The translations under genes were made by a program, and so were the position numbers. The notes under the pieces are model-generated. The model saw only the letters and a program-made list of their open reading frames with translations, was not told the origin of the DNA and searched no databases. Positions 30,634 to 39,391 of a stretch of DNA of 64,000 bases are shown here, piece after piece. The stretch covers positions 1,836 through 65,835 of the forward strand of contig NJBO01000002.1 of assembly GCA_005223075.1 (NCBI GenBank), read 5' to 3'. This stretch comes from a candidate division TA06 bacterium B3_TA06. GTDB taxonomy: Bacteria > Hydrothermota > Tepidihabitantia > B3-TA06. How positions within the stretch are numbered: the stretch's first letter is position 1; the number at the start of each line of letters is the position of its first letter.

Positions 30634-31362
30634 ATGCCCGCACCCGTAACACCCGTAACACCCGTAACACGCACACCCTTAACTCTCAGGAAGGATCGGG
30701 AAGGAATCCCAAGGATTTGTGTAAAAACCCACACCCTCTCCCCTGCTGACGAGATCGGCGAGGTGGTCGAGCGCTACGCGGCTAGGTATCTAAAGCCGGG
30801 CGACATCGTGGTGCTTGCCGAATCGCCTCTGGCCATCACCCAGGGCAGGGCGATACCAGTAAAGCAGATGCATCCCAGACTTTCGGCAAGGATACTGTGG
30901 CGGTTCGTGCGCAAGGTTCCCTACGGTGTGGGCCTACGCAATCCTTTCTCAATGGAAGCTGCAATTGAAGAGTGTGGTGTGTTACGGGTATGGTTCGCGG
31001 CGATCCTAGGTGGATTCTTGAGGATGCTGGGACGGAGAGGCGATTTCTACAGGATTGCGGGAATCCAGGCGCGGATGATTGATGCGGCAGGAACATCACC
31101 TGTCAAGCCCTACGACGAGTGCGTGCTCAAAGGGCCTAAAGAACCCTACGAGGTGGTCAAGGGATTAAAGAACCGCTTCGGGGTTGAGTTCGCGATAATG
31201 GACATAAACGACATCGGCGGCTCCTGGGCGGTTGCTGCGACTTCGAGGATCAACCGAGCGGCACTTGAGGAGCTGATGCGCGACAACCCCATGGGTCAGG
31301 GCACCCAGCTGACGCCGATTACGATCGTGAGAGCAAGAGGAACCGAGCTGCTCTTAGACTAG
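30634..31362 (+). CDS. Coenzyme F420-0:gamma-glutamyl ligase family protein
   Basis: GDIVVLAES..AITQGR, DINDIGG, DNPMGQGTQLTP. Confidence 0.8.
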   Translation: MPAPVTPVTPVTRTPLTLRKDREGIPRICVKTHTLSPADEIGEVVERYAARYLKPGDIVVLAESPLAITQGRAIPVKQMHPRLSARILWRFVRKVPYGVGLRNPFSMEAAIEECGVLRVWFAAILGGFLRMLGRRGDFYRIAGIQARMIDAAGTSPVKPYDECVLKGPKEPYEVVKGLKNRFGVEFAIMDINDIGGSWAVAATSRINRAALEELMRDNPMGQGTQLTPITIVRARGTELLLD

Positions 31363-32087
31363 CGGATAATCACCTTCCTTCGCAGCCTTTGACTTCCTCC
31401 TTCCCGGACAGAAACGAAGTAGACCCCTTGAGACAGATGGGATAGATCGATCTCCGCACGAGGTTCCTCTATGATCTCGGACAGAACCCTGCGGCCAAGA
31501 GCGTCGAAGATGCTAATAGAAACATCATCTCCACTAGTATCACCAAACGATAGGTAAAGTGTGTTACAGGCAAAATTCGAGTGTAGCTCCAAGGCCCCTT
31601 CCTCCTCCAGATGCTCTTCAACAAAAGTCCCACGCACAATCGTAACTACAGTGGCCGAATCGTAAACCGTATCGTTGATCGAGGAGCGAGCGTAGACTAT
31701 GGTTGAATCGAAAGAACCCGGAAGCGCCCAGTAGGGTGGAGTCACGTCAAGATAGAACGTATCAAATCCCGGAACGCCCTCAACAAGACCGGCCAGGGTG
31801 TCCAGATCAGGGATGCCGTCACCATCGGTGTCCGCGAGATCGCTGATGCCGTCCTTCGAAACAAGACGGTGAACCCAATCCGGTTCGCTTGAGGTAAAGG
31901 TGATGTCAGGTACATCGGGATCATCCCCAAAATTGAGAACCTCAAGAGGATAACGAATGGTTTGCCCCGCAGGAACCGAATCCAACGTGTCAGGAACGAT
32001 AAGAAGCCCAGCAACAGGTAATGGCAACGCGTATATTCCGGAAGCCATTACTAATAAGCACACCCCCATCAACACAAAGCGCTTCAT
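31359..32087 (-). CDS. Secreted protein: one module shared with 27269-30535 plus CTD
   Basis: LLIVPDTLDSVP..DSATVVT nearly identical to a module of the 1088-aa protein. Confidence 0.8.
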   Translation of the reverse strand: MKRFVLMGVCLLVMASGIYALPLPVAGLLIVPDTLDSVPAGQTIRYPLEVLNFGDDPDVPDITFTSSEPDWVHRLVSKDGISDLADTDGDGIPDLDTLAGLVEGVPGFDTFYLDVTPPYWALPGSFDSTIVYARSSINDTVYDSATVVTIVRGTFVEEHLEEEGALELHSNFACNTLYLSFGDTSGDDVSISIFDALGRRVLSEIIEEPRAEIDLSHLSQGVYFVSVREGGSQRLRRKVIIR

Positions 32088-32113
32088 CGCTCCTCCTTTA
32101 TACTCAGAGTTCT

Positions 32114-34033
32114 TTACTTACAAACGACCACCTTACGGGTGATGCGCCCGCTCTGCCCTCTCTTAGCTGAGATAAAGTAAACACCCCGGGGAAAGCCTGA
32201 CACATCTATACTTGCCTGCGATTCCTGGATAGTCCTGGATAAAACCCTGCGGCCTGTTACATCGAATATATCAAGCTGGAGTTCTTCTCTAGCAGGATTC
32301 AAAACGTATACCACATCCTGCCCAAAGGCGAACCTAAGCTCGAAATGAGCCCCCACAAAAGGTTTCTCGCTCACGGAGCCGGGAATAATCCTGGTTATAA
32401 GAAATGCCGTATCACACTTGGTCGTATCACGGGAAGAGACCACTCTGAAGTAACAGGTATCAACAGTCCCAACCGGCACAGTATCCGAAGGGATGACGTC
32501 AACAAGCACAAGGGCGCTTCCGCGTCTAGGCAAGGTATCGGTGTCAGGATTGCCGTCGCCGTCAACGTCAGGCAGTGTGCGGCCCAGCTCGTCGGAAAGT
32601 TCGGTTACAAAATCAGGATCCAGGCTGTTCTCTGTGAAGATGTTGATAATGTCCCATACGTTGCCGTTGTTCTCGACACAGACTTCGTAGCAACCCTGGT
32701 CGGTCTCAGAAACAGGAACCCCGGGGTAAGTCTCTCTAAACTGATCAGGATAGGCGGCAACAGCCGGATGGATCCCAAACCAGAGAGGCAAGAAGTCGGA
32801 GCCCTGGCGATCAAGGCAGCTTCCCATAGTCGCCACCCCTTCAGAAGTAGTCACATGGTAGATTGCAACTGCATCCTCATCGTCCATCGGACAGGTATAA
32901 CGATAGAATTCACCTCTGTCAAGGGTCCCTTCATAGATACCTGTTTCGTCCCCACCGTCTCTTGGAATCCTGGTCACTTTTATATCGGTGTTGTCAGAAA
33001 AAGCTATAACGTGAAGACGAGAATAAACGGGCCCAATAGCAGCCCATGAAACGGAGGCCTGAAGAGGGATATAGAACTCCTTTCCAAGTCCCAAACCATC
33101 GCGGTCAATCCCTCGAACCATGTAAAAAGAAACGTAGTCTGTGCCGAAGCTTATCCATTCGGTTTGGGAAACAGATATGTCCTTGTCCGCGTGGATGTAA
33201 AGTGGCCTGCCCCCCGTAGGTAATGGAACTGCAAATCCCTTAATTTCCCCTCTTTTCTCACAGAATACGTGCCAGATCGTATCTGTCGGATCACCCAGCC
33301 GGGTAACGGTCACCCGTGTTTCGTCTTCCCAGGGAACGAATTGAATATCCTGGGGGGTAGTTCCCCACATATGTTGGTAGGTCATGAAGTCCCGGCCAGT
33401 GAAAGTTCCGTTGAACGCAGGTACGTACATCCCGTTAACGCCGCAGGCGGTCATAGTTGATACAGGACGTGTGGCCTCTACTGAGTAAACTATGGGAGGA
33501 ACATCTCCCCCCTCACTCAAGTAGTACTCGGCACTGTCAAGATCACCCTCCCAGATAACCACCTGGTTTTCCATATTCCGGACAACCACATGGGTATTAT
33601 CATTATAGGCAAAAACAACCAGGATCGCCTCAAGATCTGGGCTAAAAGTTGACTTCGGACCTACGGACAACAACTTCGTACTGAGCGGGCGACTATTCTG
33701 ATCCACCGCATACCAGCAGCCTAACCCTCTACCAAAAGGGTCACCGCTGAGAACCGAGAATTCTTTGCTGCCCAGAACCTCATATACTCCCCACGGTATG
33801 TCCTTGACAAGGACATATTCTTCGTTCATGAGAACGCCGGACCAAACTGAGTCGCCAGCGTCATTAAGAATCTCACAGTAGTTAATGTCTGAGTAAGAAA
33901 ATATCACGATATCCCCAAAGGTATAGGCGTAGGTGGCAAAGGTATCTTCACTTTGAGCGGTATATCCCCATTGGGATACCTGGGGATTTGAAACCATCCC
34001 CAGGAGACTAAAGATGATAAAAAAGCACATCAT
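32114..34033 (-). CDS. Secreted protein: N-terminal half shared with 27269-30535 plus CTD
   Basis: EDTFAT..DTAFL region highly similar; different signal peptide and CTD. Confidence 0.82.
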   Translation of the reverse strand: MMCFFIIFSLLGMVSNPQVSQWGYTAQSEDTFATYAYTFGDIVIFSYSDINYCEILNDAGDSVWSGVLMNEEYVLVKDIPWGVYEVLGSKEFSVLSGDPFGRGLGCWYAVDQNSRPLSTKLLSVGPKSTFSPDLEAILVVFAYNDNTHVVVRNMENQVVIWEGDLDSAEYYLSEGGDVPPIVYSVEATRPVSTMTACGVNGMYVPAFNGTFTGRDFMTYQHMWGTTPQDIQFVPWEDETRVTVTRLGDPTDTIWHVFCEKRGEIKGFAVPLPTGGRPLYIHADKDISVSQTEWISFGTDYVSFYMVRGIDRDGLGLGKEFYIPLQASVSWAAIGPVYSRLHVIAFSDNTDIKVTRIPRDGGDETGIYEGTLDRGEFYRYTCPMDDEDAVAIYHVTTSEGVATMGSCLDRQGSDFLPLWFGIHPAVAAYPDQFRETYPGVPVSETDQGCYEVCVENNGNVWDIINIFTENSLDPDFVTELSDELGRTLPDVDGDGNPDTDTLPRRGSALVLVDVIPSDTVPVGTVDTCYFRVVSSRDTTKCDTAFLITRIIPGSVSEKPFVGAHFELRFAFGQDVVYVLNPAREELQLDIFDVTGRRVLSRTIQESQASIDVSGFPRGVYFISAKRGQSGRITRKVVVCK

Positions 34034-34094
34034 CCCTCCTTGGTTTTGTTTATTGAAAATACTACGAGTTAATTGAGGATTGTCAAGCCTTGGA

Positions 34095-34478
34095 CTAGTA
34101 GATTATGACCCTGCGTATGACGCGCTGGCTCTCCACTATCCGGGCGGAGAGGAAGTAAACGCCCGGTTGAAAATGCGAGACGTCAATCAGGGTCCGAGGA
34201 CCGTCAAAAACCTCTTTATAGATACTGCATCCCAGGACGTCGAAAAGCTCCAGGTGAACCTCCCCCCCAAACGAATAGTTGAGCGCCACGAAAAGCACGT
34301 CGTGCGCAGGCTGCGGATAGACCTCCAGGCAATCTGCAAAAGTGGTGTCGCTTCCTTGAACATCTTCGTCAAAGACCTGCTCACTTGCCTCACTAACCCC
34401 AACCCACTCCTCGGAGGTAACCTCCCCTCCATCACCCCCTGAGATGTTAAGCATCGCCAAAAGGATCAAAAATTTCAT
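34095..34478 (-). CDS. Minimal protein: signal peptide, acidic linker and T9SS CTD
   Basis: GGAGGT RBS; VYPQPA..FDVLG..PGVYFL. Confidence 0.7.
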   Translation of the reverse strand: MKFLILLAMLNISGGDGGEVTSEEWVGVSEASEQVFDEDVQGSDTTFADCLEVYPQPAHDVLFVALNYSFGGEVHLELFDVLGCSIYKEVFDGPRTLIDVSHFQPGVYFLSARIVESQRVIRRVIIY

Positions 34479-34671
34479 CTCTACCTCCATACCCTTTTCA
34501 TATACTAAGATAAGCAATAATCGTGCCAAGCCCTCCTGAAAAATAAGTTCAACAGATACTTGACTTATCGAAAAAGAGGATGTTACGATGTAGCACAGAA
34601 TGTCACAGAATTACATAAAAAGATAATTCCTTCCTCGTTGACATAGACTTTCTTGCGACTAGAATCTCCCA

Positions 34672-35355
34672 ATGGAGAAAGGATTCTTCGCCGACCTGGG
34701 CAGGATGCGGTATAAGCCAGCCTGGAATTTCCAGCTGAAGCTGTGGCAGATGCGTGCCGATGAGCAGATTCCCAACACCTTGATCTTTGTGGAGCATGAG
34801 CACGTGATAACCAGAGGCAAGTCGGCTGATGATAAGAATCTGCTGTATTCAGAGGAGGAGTTGGCAAAGCGTGGAGTTGATCTTCATTCAGTAGAACGCG
34901 GCGGCGACTTTACCTATCACGGCCCGGGTCAGCTTGTTGGATACCCTATTTTTCACATAAAAAAGGGCCTAGCCGGTATCCGGCCATTGGTGAGGAATGT
35001 TGAGAACGCCGTATCCCAGGCGATGGAGACGTTCGGGATCACCTCAAAGGGCTCGATGGAGATACCTGAGAAGTATCCGGTGGGCGTCTGGGTTGGCTGT
35101 GAGAAGCTGGCGGCGATCGGCATCGCGGTGAAGAAATGGGTTTCATTCCACGGATTTGCATTAAACGTATCCACCGATCTGGATATGTTTAAATTGATTA
35201 TACCTTGCGGATTGACCAATAAAGTGGTCACCTCGATGGAGAAGATTTTAGGGCAAAAACCGGGCTTTAAAAGGGTCAAAAACGAGGTAAAAAAAGCGTT
35301 TTCCGAGACCTTCGAGATCGAATTTGAGGAAAGGAAGATGGAGGATTTTGCATGA
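34672..35355 (+). CDS. lipB: Lipoyl(octanoyl) transferase
   Basis: EH..VIT.G, RGGDFTYHGPGQLVGYP, HGFALNV, PCG. Confidence 0.96.
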   Translation: MEKGFFADLGRMRYKPAWNFQLKLWQMRADEQIPNTLIFVEHEHVITRGKSADDKNLLYSEEELAKRGVDLHSVERGGDFTYHGPGQLVGYPIFHIKKGLAGIRPLVRNVENAVSQAMETFGITSKGSMEIPEKYPVGVWVGCEKLAAIGIAVKKWVSFHGFALNVSTDLDMFKLIIPCGLTNKVVTSMEKILGQKPGFKRVKNEVKKAFSETFEIEFEERKMEDFA

Positions 35356-36260
35356 TGCGCAAACCAGACTGGCTCAGGGTGAAGCTGCCAGGCCATGGCG
35401 AGTACAGGGATGTTGATAAGATATTGAAAGATCTGGACTTACACACCGTTTGCCGCTCGGCGCGCTGCCCCAACATCGCCGACTGCTGGGGGAAAAGAAC
35501 GGTAACGATTATGATCTTAGGGGATGTGTGTACCAGATCCTGCAGGTTCTGCGCGGTAACCCCAGGTAATCCAGGGGGTTATGTAGACGAAACCGAGCCT
35601 GGCCGCGTGGCCGAGGCGGTTAAACGAATGGGATTGCGGTATGTGGTGCTGACCTCGGTTGACCGGGACGATCTTGCCGATGGCGGCACGGAGCATTTTG
35701 CACGCACTATCCAGCTGATCAAGGAGCAGGACCCGAACGTTCTGGTGGAACCCTTGATCCCTGATTTCGGTGTAGGGGCACGGCATGCCGTGCCCTCCCG
35801 TCTCAAAAAGATAATTGACGCGAAACCTGACGTTATCGCCCACAACCTTGAGACAGTGGAGCGGTTGACGCCTCATGTAAGGGATCGCAGGTCAAGTTAC
35901 ACATTATCGTTAGATGTATTGAAAACCTTGAAAGAACTTGAACGTGGTACCATGACCAAATCAGGAATAATGGTAGGATTGGGCGAGACCGACGATGAAG
36001 TCTACCAGGCGCTTCAGGATATGCGGGGAGTAGGGGTAGAGATCGTAACCATCGGCCAGTACCTGCAGCCTACCAAGAGGCATCTGGAGGTTCAAAGATT
36101 CGTCACTCCGGAGCAGTTCGCCGAGTATGAGCGGAGAGCGTTGGAGATGGGCTTTTTATCTGCAGCCTGCGCGCCCCTGGTTCGTTCCTCCTATCATGCT
36201 GCAGAAGCTGCCTCAATCATACGAAATCGCAAGAGGATAAGGGATGAAAAACCTACTTAA
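35352..36260 (+). CDS. lipA: Lipoyl synthase
   Basis: CxxxxCPNxxxC, CTRSCRFC, HNLETV, VRSSYHA. Confidence 0.97.
   Translation: MMRKPDWLRVKLPGHGEYRDVDKILKDLDLHTVCRSARCPNIADCWGKRTVTIMILGDVCTRSCRFCAVTPGNPGGYVDETEPGRVAEAVKRMGLRYVVLTSVDRDDLADGGTEHFARTIQLIKEQDPNVLVEPLIPDFGVGARHAVPSRLKKIIDAKPDVIAHNLETVERLTPHVRDRRSSYTLSLDVLKTLKELERGTMTKSGIMVGLGETDDEVYQALQDMRGVGVEIVTIGQYLQPTKRHLEVQRFVTPEQFAEYERRALEMGFLSAACAPLVRSSYHAAEAASIIRNRKRIRDEKPT
35772..35796 (+). repeat. GTAG REP inside lipA
   Basis: gtaggggcacggcatgccgtgccct palindrome, translated VGARHAVP. Confidence 0.75.
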
Positions 36261-36271
36261 TTATTCTTCTT

Positions 36272-36308
36272 GGGGTCCCCGCGACGGTGCAAAGCAACGG
36301 CGTGGGGT
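36272..36308 (+). mobile_element. 37-nt GGGGTCCCC...GGGGT hairpin element
   Basis: Same ends and length as 40957, 41016, 44978 and 59178. Confidence 0.7.
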
Positions 36309-36364
36309 GAATTCATCATATCATGCAGCGGATGTTGCCGTTCTTATAAGGAATCGTAGTTCTC

Positions 36365-36755
36365 GTAGGGGCCGGTCTTTAGACCGGCCCGGATATGGAG
36401 ATTAATATAGCGGGCCGACCTGAAGGTCGGCCCCTACGTTCTCCACTCAGGTAGGTGGGTGATAACCGCATAACCACCACACTCAAGATTATGCCCCATA
36501 TGAGATCGCCCCCCTCCCTTTGGTCGCTTGCACCCCCTTCGGGTGGTCGCGATGACAATTAGGCGGGCTTTCTTTTTCCCCTCCCCCTACCCCCTCCACC
36601 AAGGGAGGGGGATTTTATTCCTCCCCCTTGATGGCGTCAGTGCCCCCGTCGGGTAGGGAGGTGACCTCTGCGAAACAGAGGTCGGAGGAGGTGAATAAAA
36701 TGCGGGCTACTCGCAATGACAAACAAAACGGGCCGACCTTCAGGTCGGCCCCTAC
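36365..36755. repeat. REP-dense intergenic region
   Basis: GTAG REPs at 36365-36391, 36410-36437 and 36730-36755, plus GTCATCGCGAC/GCAATGAC and CCCCTCCC types. Confidence 0.8.
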
Positions 36756-37095
36756 GAGCTTGTACTCCTAGTCGGATTGACCTTTCCCAGGTGGACACAG
36801 CTCGTTAAATATCCAACCAAGGTCCATTACGTCAAGCTCTCCGCTCAGGTCAAGGTCGGTGCTGTCCAGGGTGCCTCGACATTCGTGGCATTCATAGACG
36901 AGCTTCAGGAACTTGCCCCCCACCAGTCGGGGAACCTCGTTTCGCCTTTCTTTACCATACCAAGTGAATACATCCCGGCCACCTTTAGCACTATTGCACC
37001 TTCGGCAACACAAAACAAGGTTATGTATTTCGTGAGTTCAATAATGAAGTGCAACACCTTGGAAAGCGAGAGGGATTTCGTTATTCTGAGGATGT

Positions 37096-38123
37096 ATGCA
37101 CTCAATCTACCGACATCTTGGACTGGAGGAGCGTGAGGTGACAGCGTGCCCCTTGAGCGCTTTATGCGCTCATAGGGTATAGAGAATATGCTTAGAGATG
37201 GGCGATCCATACGCGAGATGGCGCAGGTTTTAGGAAGGAACGCCTCCAGCATCTCGCGGGAGCTACGGCGCAACCGCTCACCAGTCCACGCGAGTTACCT
37301 TGATCATCGCGCCCAGGAGCGTGCGGATAGACGCAGGTCAAACGCAAGCCGCAGGATGCGATTGAAGAGTGATAAGATCAGGGATTACGTGGTGTCCAAG
37401 CTCAACCAAGACTCCTCGCCAGAGCAGATAGCTGGAAGGATCGAGATAGATTGGCCTGGTCTATCTATCAGCCACGAGGCTATCTATCAATACGTCTACC
37501 ATCCTTCCACCCCCAACCGAGGAGAGCTCATCGGTTGTCTGAGGCGTTCTCACAAGAGACGCAAGAGGAAGGGTAGGGCACCAGACAAGCATAGGTCTAA
37601 GATAACGGGTAGGGTGGGCATAGAACAAAGACCATTTGAAGTCGAGACCAGAGCCAGGTTTGGGGACTGGGAGGCAGACACCTTGATCTCACGCCGGAGC
37701 AGGGCGGCTATATTAACCATGGTAGAACGCTCAAGCAGGTTGGTTCAGCTTGAAAAGTTGGATGCTAAGACCTCTACTCTGACATCTCAAGCTATCATCA
37801 GCCGCCTGCTGTGCTTTCCCAGAGACTCCAGGCATACTATCACCTTCGACAATGGCCCGGAGAATGCTGAGCATGAAGGAGTCTCCCAATCCACAGGCAT
37901 AAGCTGCTTCTTCTGCGAACCTTACTCTTCGTGGCAGCGAGGAACCAATGAGCACACCAACGGACTGGTAAGGCAATACTTGCCAAAGAAGACCGACTTC
38001 GCTATAATCAGTAGTGAGGAAATCAAGTTGATAGAGTCAAGGTTAAACAACAGGCCCAGGAAATGCCTGGGCTTTAAAACCCCACTCGAAGTCGCTAACA
38101 TATGTGTTGCACTTCAACGTTGA
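37096..38123 (+). pseudogene. IS30 transposase, frameshifted by a 38-nt insert
   Basis: SISRELRRN, GDWEADT, TFDNG, WQRGTNE, LNNRPRKCLG; N-terminus MHSIYRHLGLEEREVI restored on removing 37142-37179. Confidence 0.9.
37142..37179 (+). mobile_element. 38-nt hairpin mini-element inside the IS30 transposase
   Basis: cagcgtgcccct-tgagcgc-tttat-gcgctca-tagggta; precise removal restores the ORF. Confidence 0.88.
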
Positions 38124-38573
38124 ATGTAGGTTTCATTAATTTTGCAATCCGGAGGAGCATTAATCTTCTGTGGAATTATATGATCCCAAGTTAAATCCTC
38201 GGTGGCGTCGCAGTAAGAACACCTTTTTTCTTCAAACATCTTCTGATCTTCCCGAACGACATCCGACCACTTCTTCCGCCCCATTTGCAAGTCCTTGAAT
38301 GTTTTCATGATAAACCCGTATTGCCCTTCCATCCCAGCAGATCGAGCGATCAACTTCGCATACTGCCAGAAGATAAGATCCCGGACAGTCTTTACAGCTT
38401 TAGGCGGCATAGATTCCTCCTCGTGACATACCACTATATCCGCAACCGCAAGCTTGTCAACTCTTCTTCTCCCCCCCTCTTCCCTGAAAGGCTTCAAGCA
38501 CCTTGACCAATCCACACAAAGCCCTATAATTCAGAACGTGGGACAAGCTGAATCCCATGTAAGGAGGAGTTAA

Positions 38574-39038
38574 ATGAGTAACACCTTTGGCTCAACCGAT
38601 GAGCTGCTCGATTTTGCGATCGCTAAGGAAGAAGAGGCCAACCAATTCTATACCAACCTGGCGACACGGGTAGAGAAATCCCCCATGCGCGAGGTATTCG
38701 AACGCTTCGCCGCCGAAGAGCTCAAACACAAGGCCAGGCTGGAGGCGATCAAACATGGTAAGCTGCTCTTATCCGCAGAACAAAAGGTTGCCAATCTCAA
38801 GATCGCCGACTATCTTGTGGAGATCAAGCCAGAACCCGACGAAACCCTTGACTATCAGAAAACCCTGATGATCGCGATGCAACGCGAAAAGGCATCATTC
38901 AAACTCTATACCGACCTGGCCGCGATAACCGACAACGCGGAACTGCAGGAGACGCTCTTGGGCCTTGCGCAGGAGGAGGCAAAACATAAGTTGCGCTTTG
39001 AGATCGAATACGACGAGCACATCCTGACCGAGAACTAA
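38574..39038 (+). CDS. Ferritin-like (rubrerythrin domain) protein
   Basis: AIAKEEEA..FY, EELKH, EEAKH diiron motifs. Confidence 0.88.
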   Translation: MSNTFGSTDELLDFAIAKEEEANQFYTNLATRVEKSPMREVFERFAAEELKHKARLEAIKHGKLLLSAEQKVANLKIADYLVEIKPEPDETLDYQKTLMIAMQREKASFKLYTDLAAITDNAELQETLLGLAQEEAKHKLRFEIEYDEHILTEN

Positions 39039-39115
39039 CGCTTCAGGTTATCTCTCGTATGTAGGAGACAGGAGGATAGGAGAGGCAAAAAACCTCAAAT
39101 CCAAGGAGGATTTTG

Positions 39116-39295
39116 ATGGCAGACAACGAAACGAAGGTAATTGAAGCCTTTAAGAAAGCAGGCGAACCCTTAAAGGCCGGACAGGTGGTAGAGGCCACAG
39201 ACATCGATGCCAAGGAAGTGGGCAAGATCATCAAGAAACTCGCAAAGGAAGGCAAGCTTATCTCCCCGAAGCGCTGTTACTACGGACTCCCCTGA
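39116..39295 (+). CDS. Small winged-helix protein
   Basis: AAGGAGG RBS; PLKAGQV..KEVGKIIKKL..EGKLISPKRCYY. Confidence 0.75.
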   Translation: MADNETKVIEAFKKAGEPLKAGQVVEATDIDAKEVGKIIKKLAKEGKLISPKRCYYGLP

Positions 39296-39391
39296 TGCTG
39301 CTTGTAAAATTATCAGGCACGCTGAAGCGCCCTCTTTACCTTTTACTTCCCCAGACCCGCCGTTAAAGGAGTGGAAAGGAAAATAGAGCAA

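Larger units (their letters stand above)
37031..38130 (+). mobile_element. IS30-family insertion sequence
   Basis: 27-nt imperfect inverted repeats (20/27) at 37031-37057 and 38104-38130; TTT target duplication. Confidence 0.93.
36768..38410 (-). pseudogene. HNH endonuclease interrupted by IS30
   Basis: Removing the IS and one TTT gives a 179-aa ORF: CSYC..DHIIP..NEIHNLVLCCRRCNSAK. Confidence 0.9.

Noticed and set aside
27269..34033. Diversity-generating retroelement template/variable repeats
   Set aside because: Repeats are 0.35-1.5 kb, both copies are coding, differences are not obviously adenine-specific and there is no reverse transcriptase.
37096..37188. Programmed frameshift in the IS30 transposase
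   Set aside because: The frame break is fully explained by the 38-nt insert.
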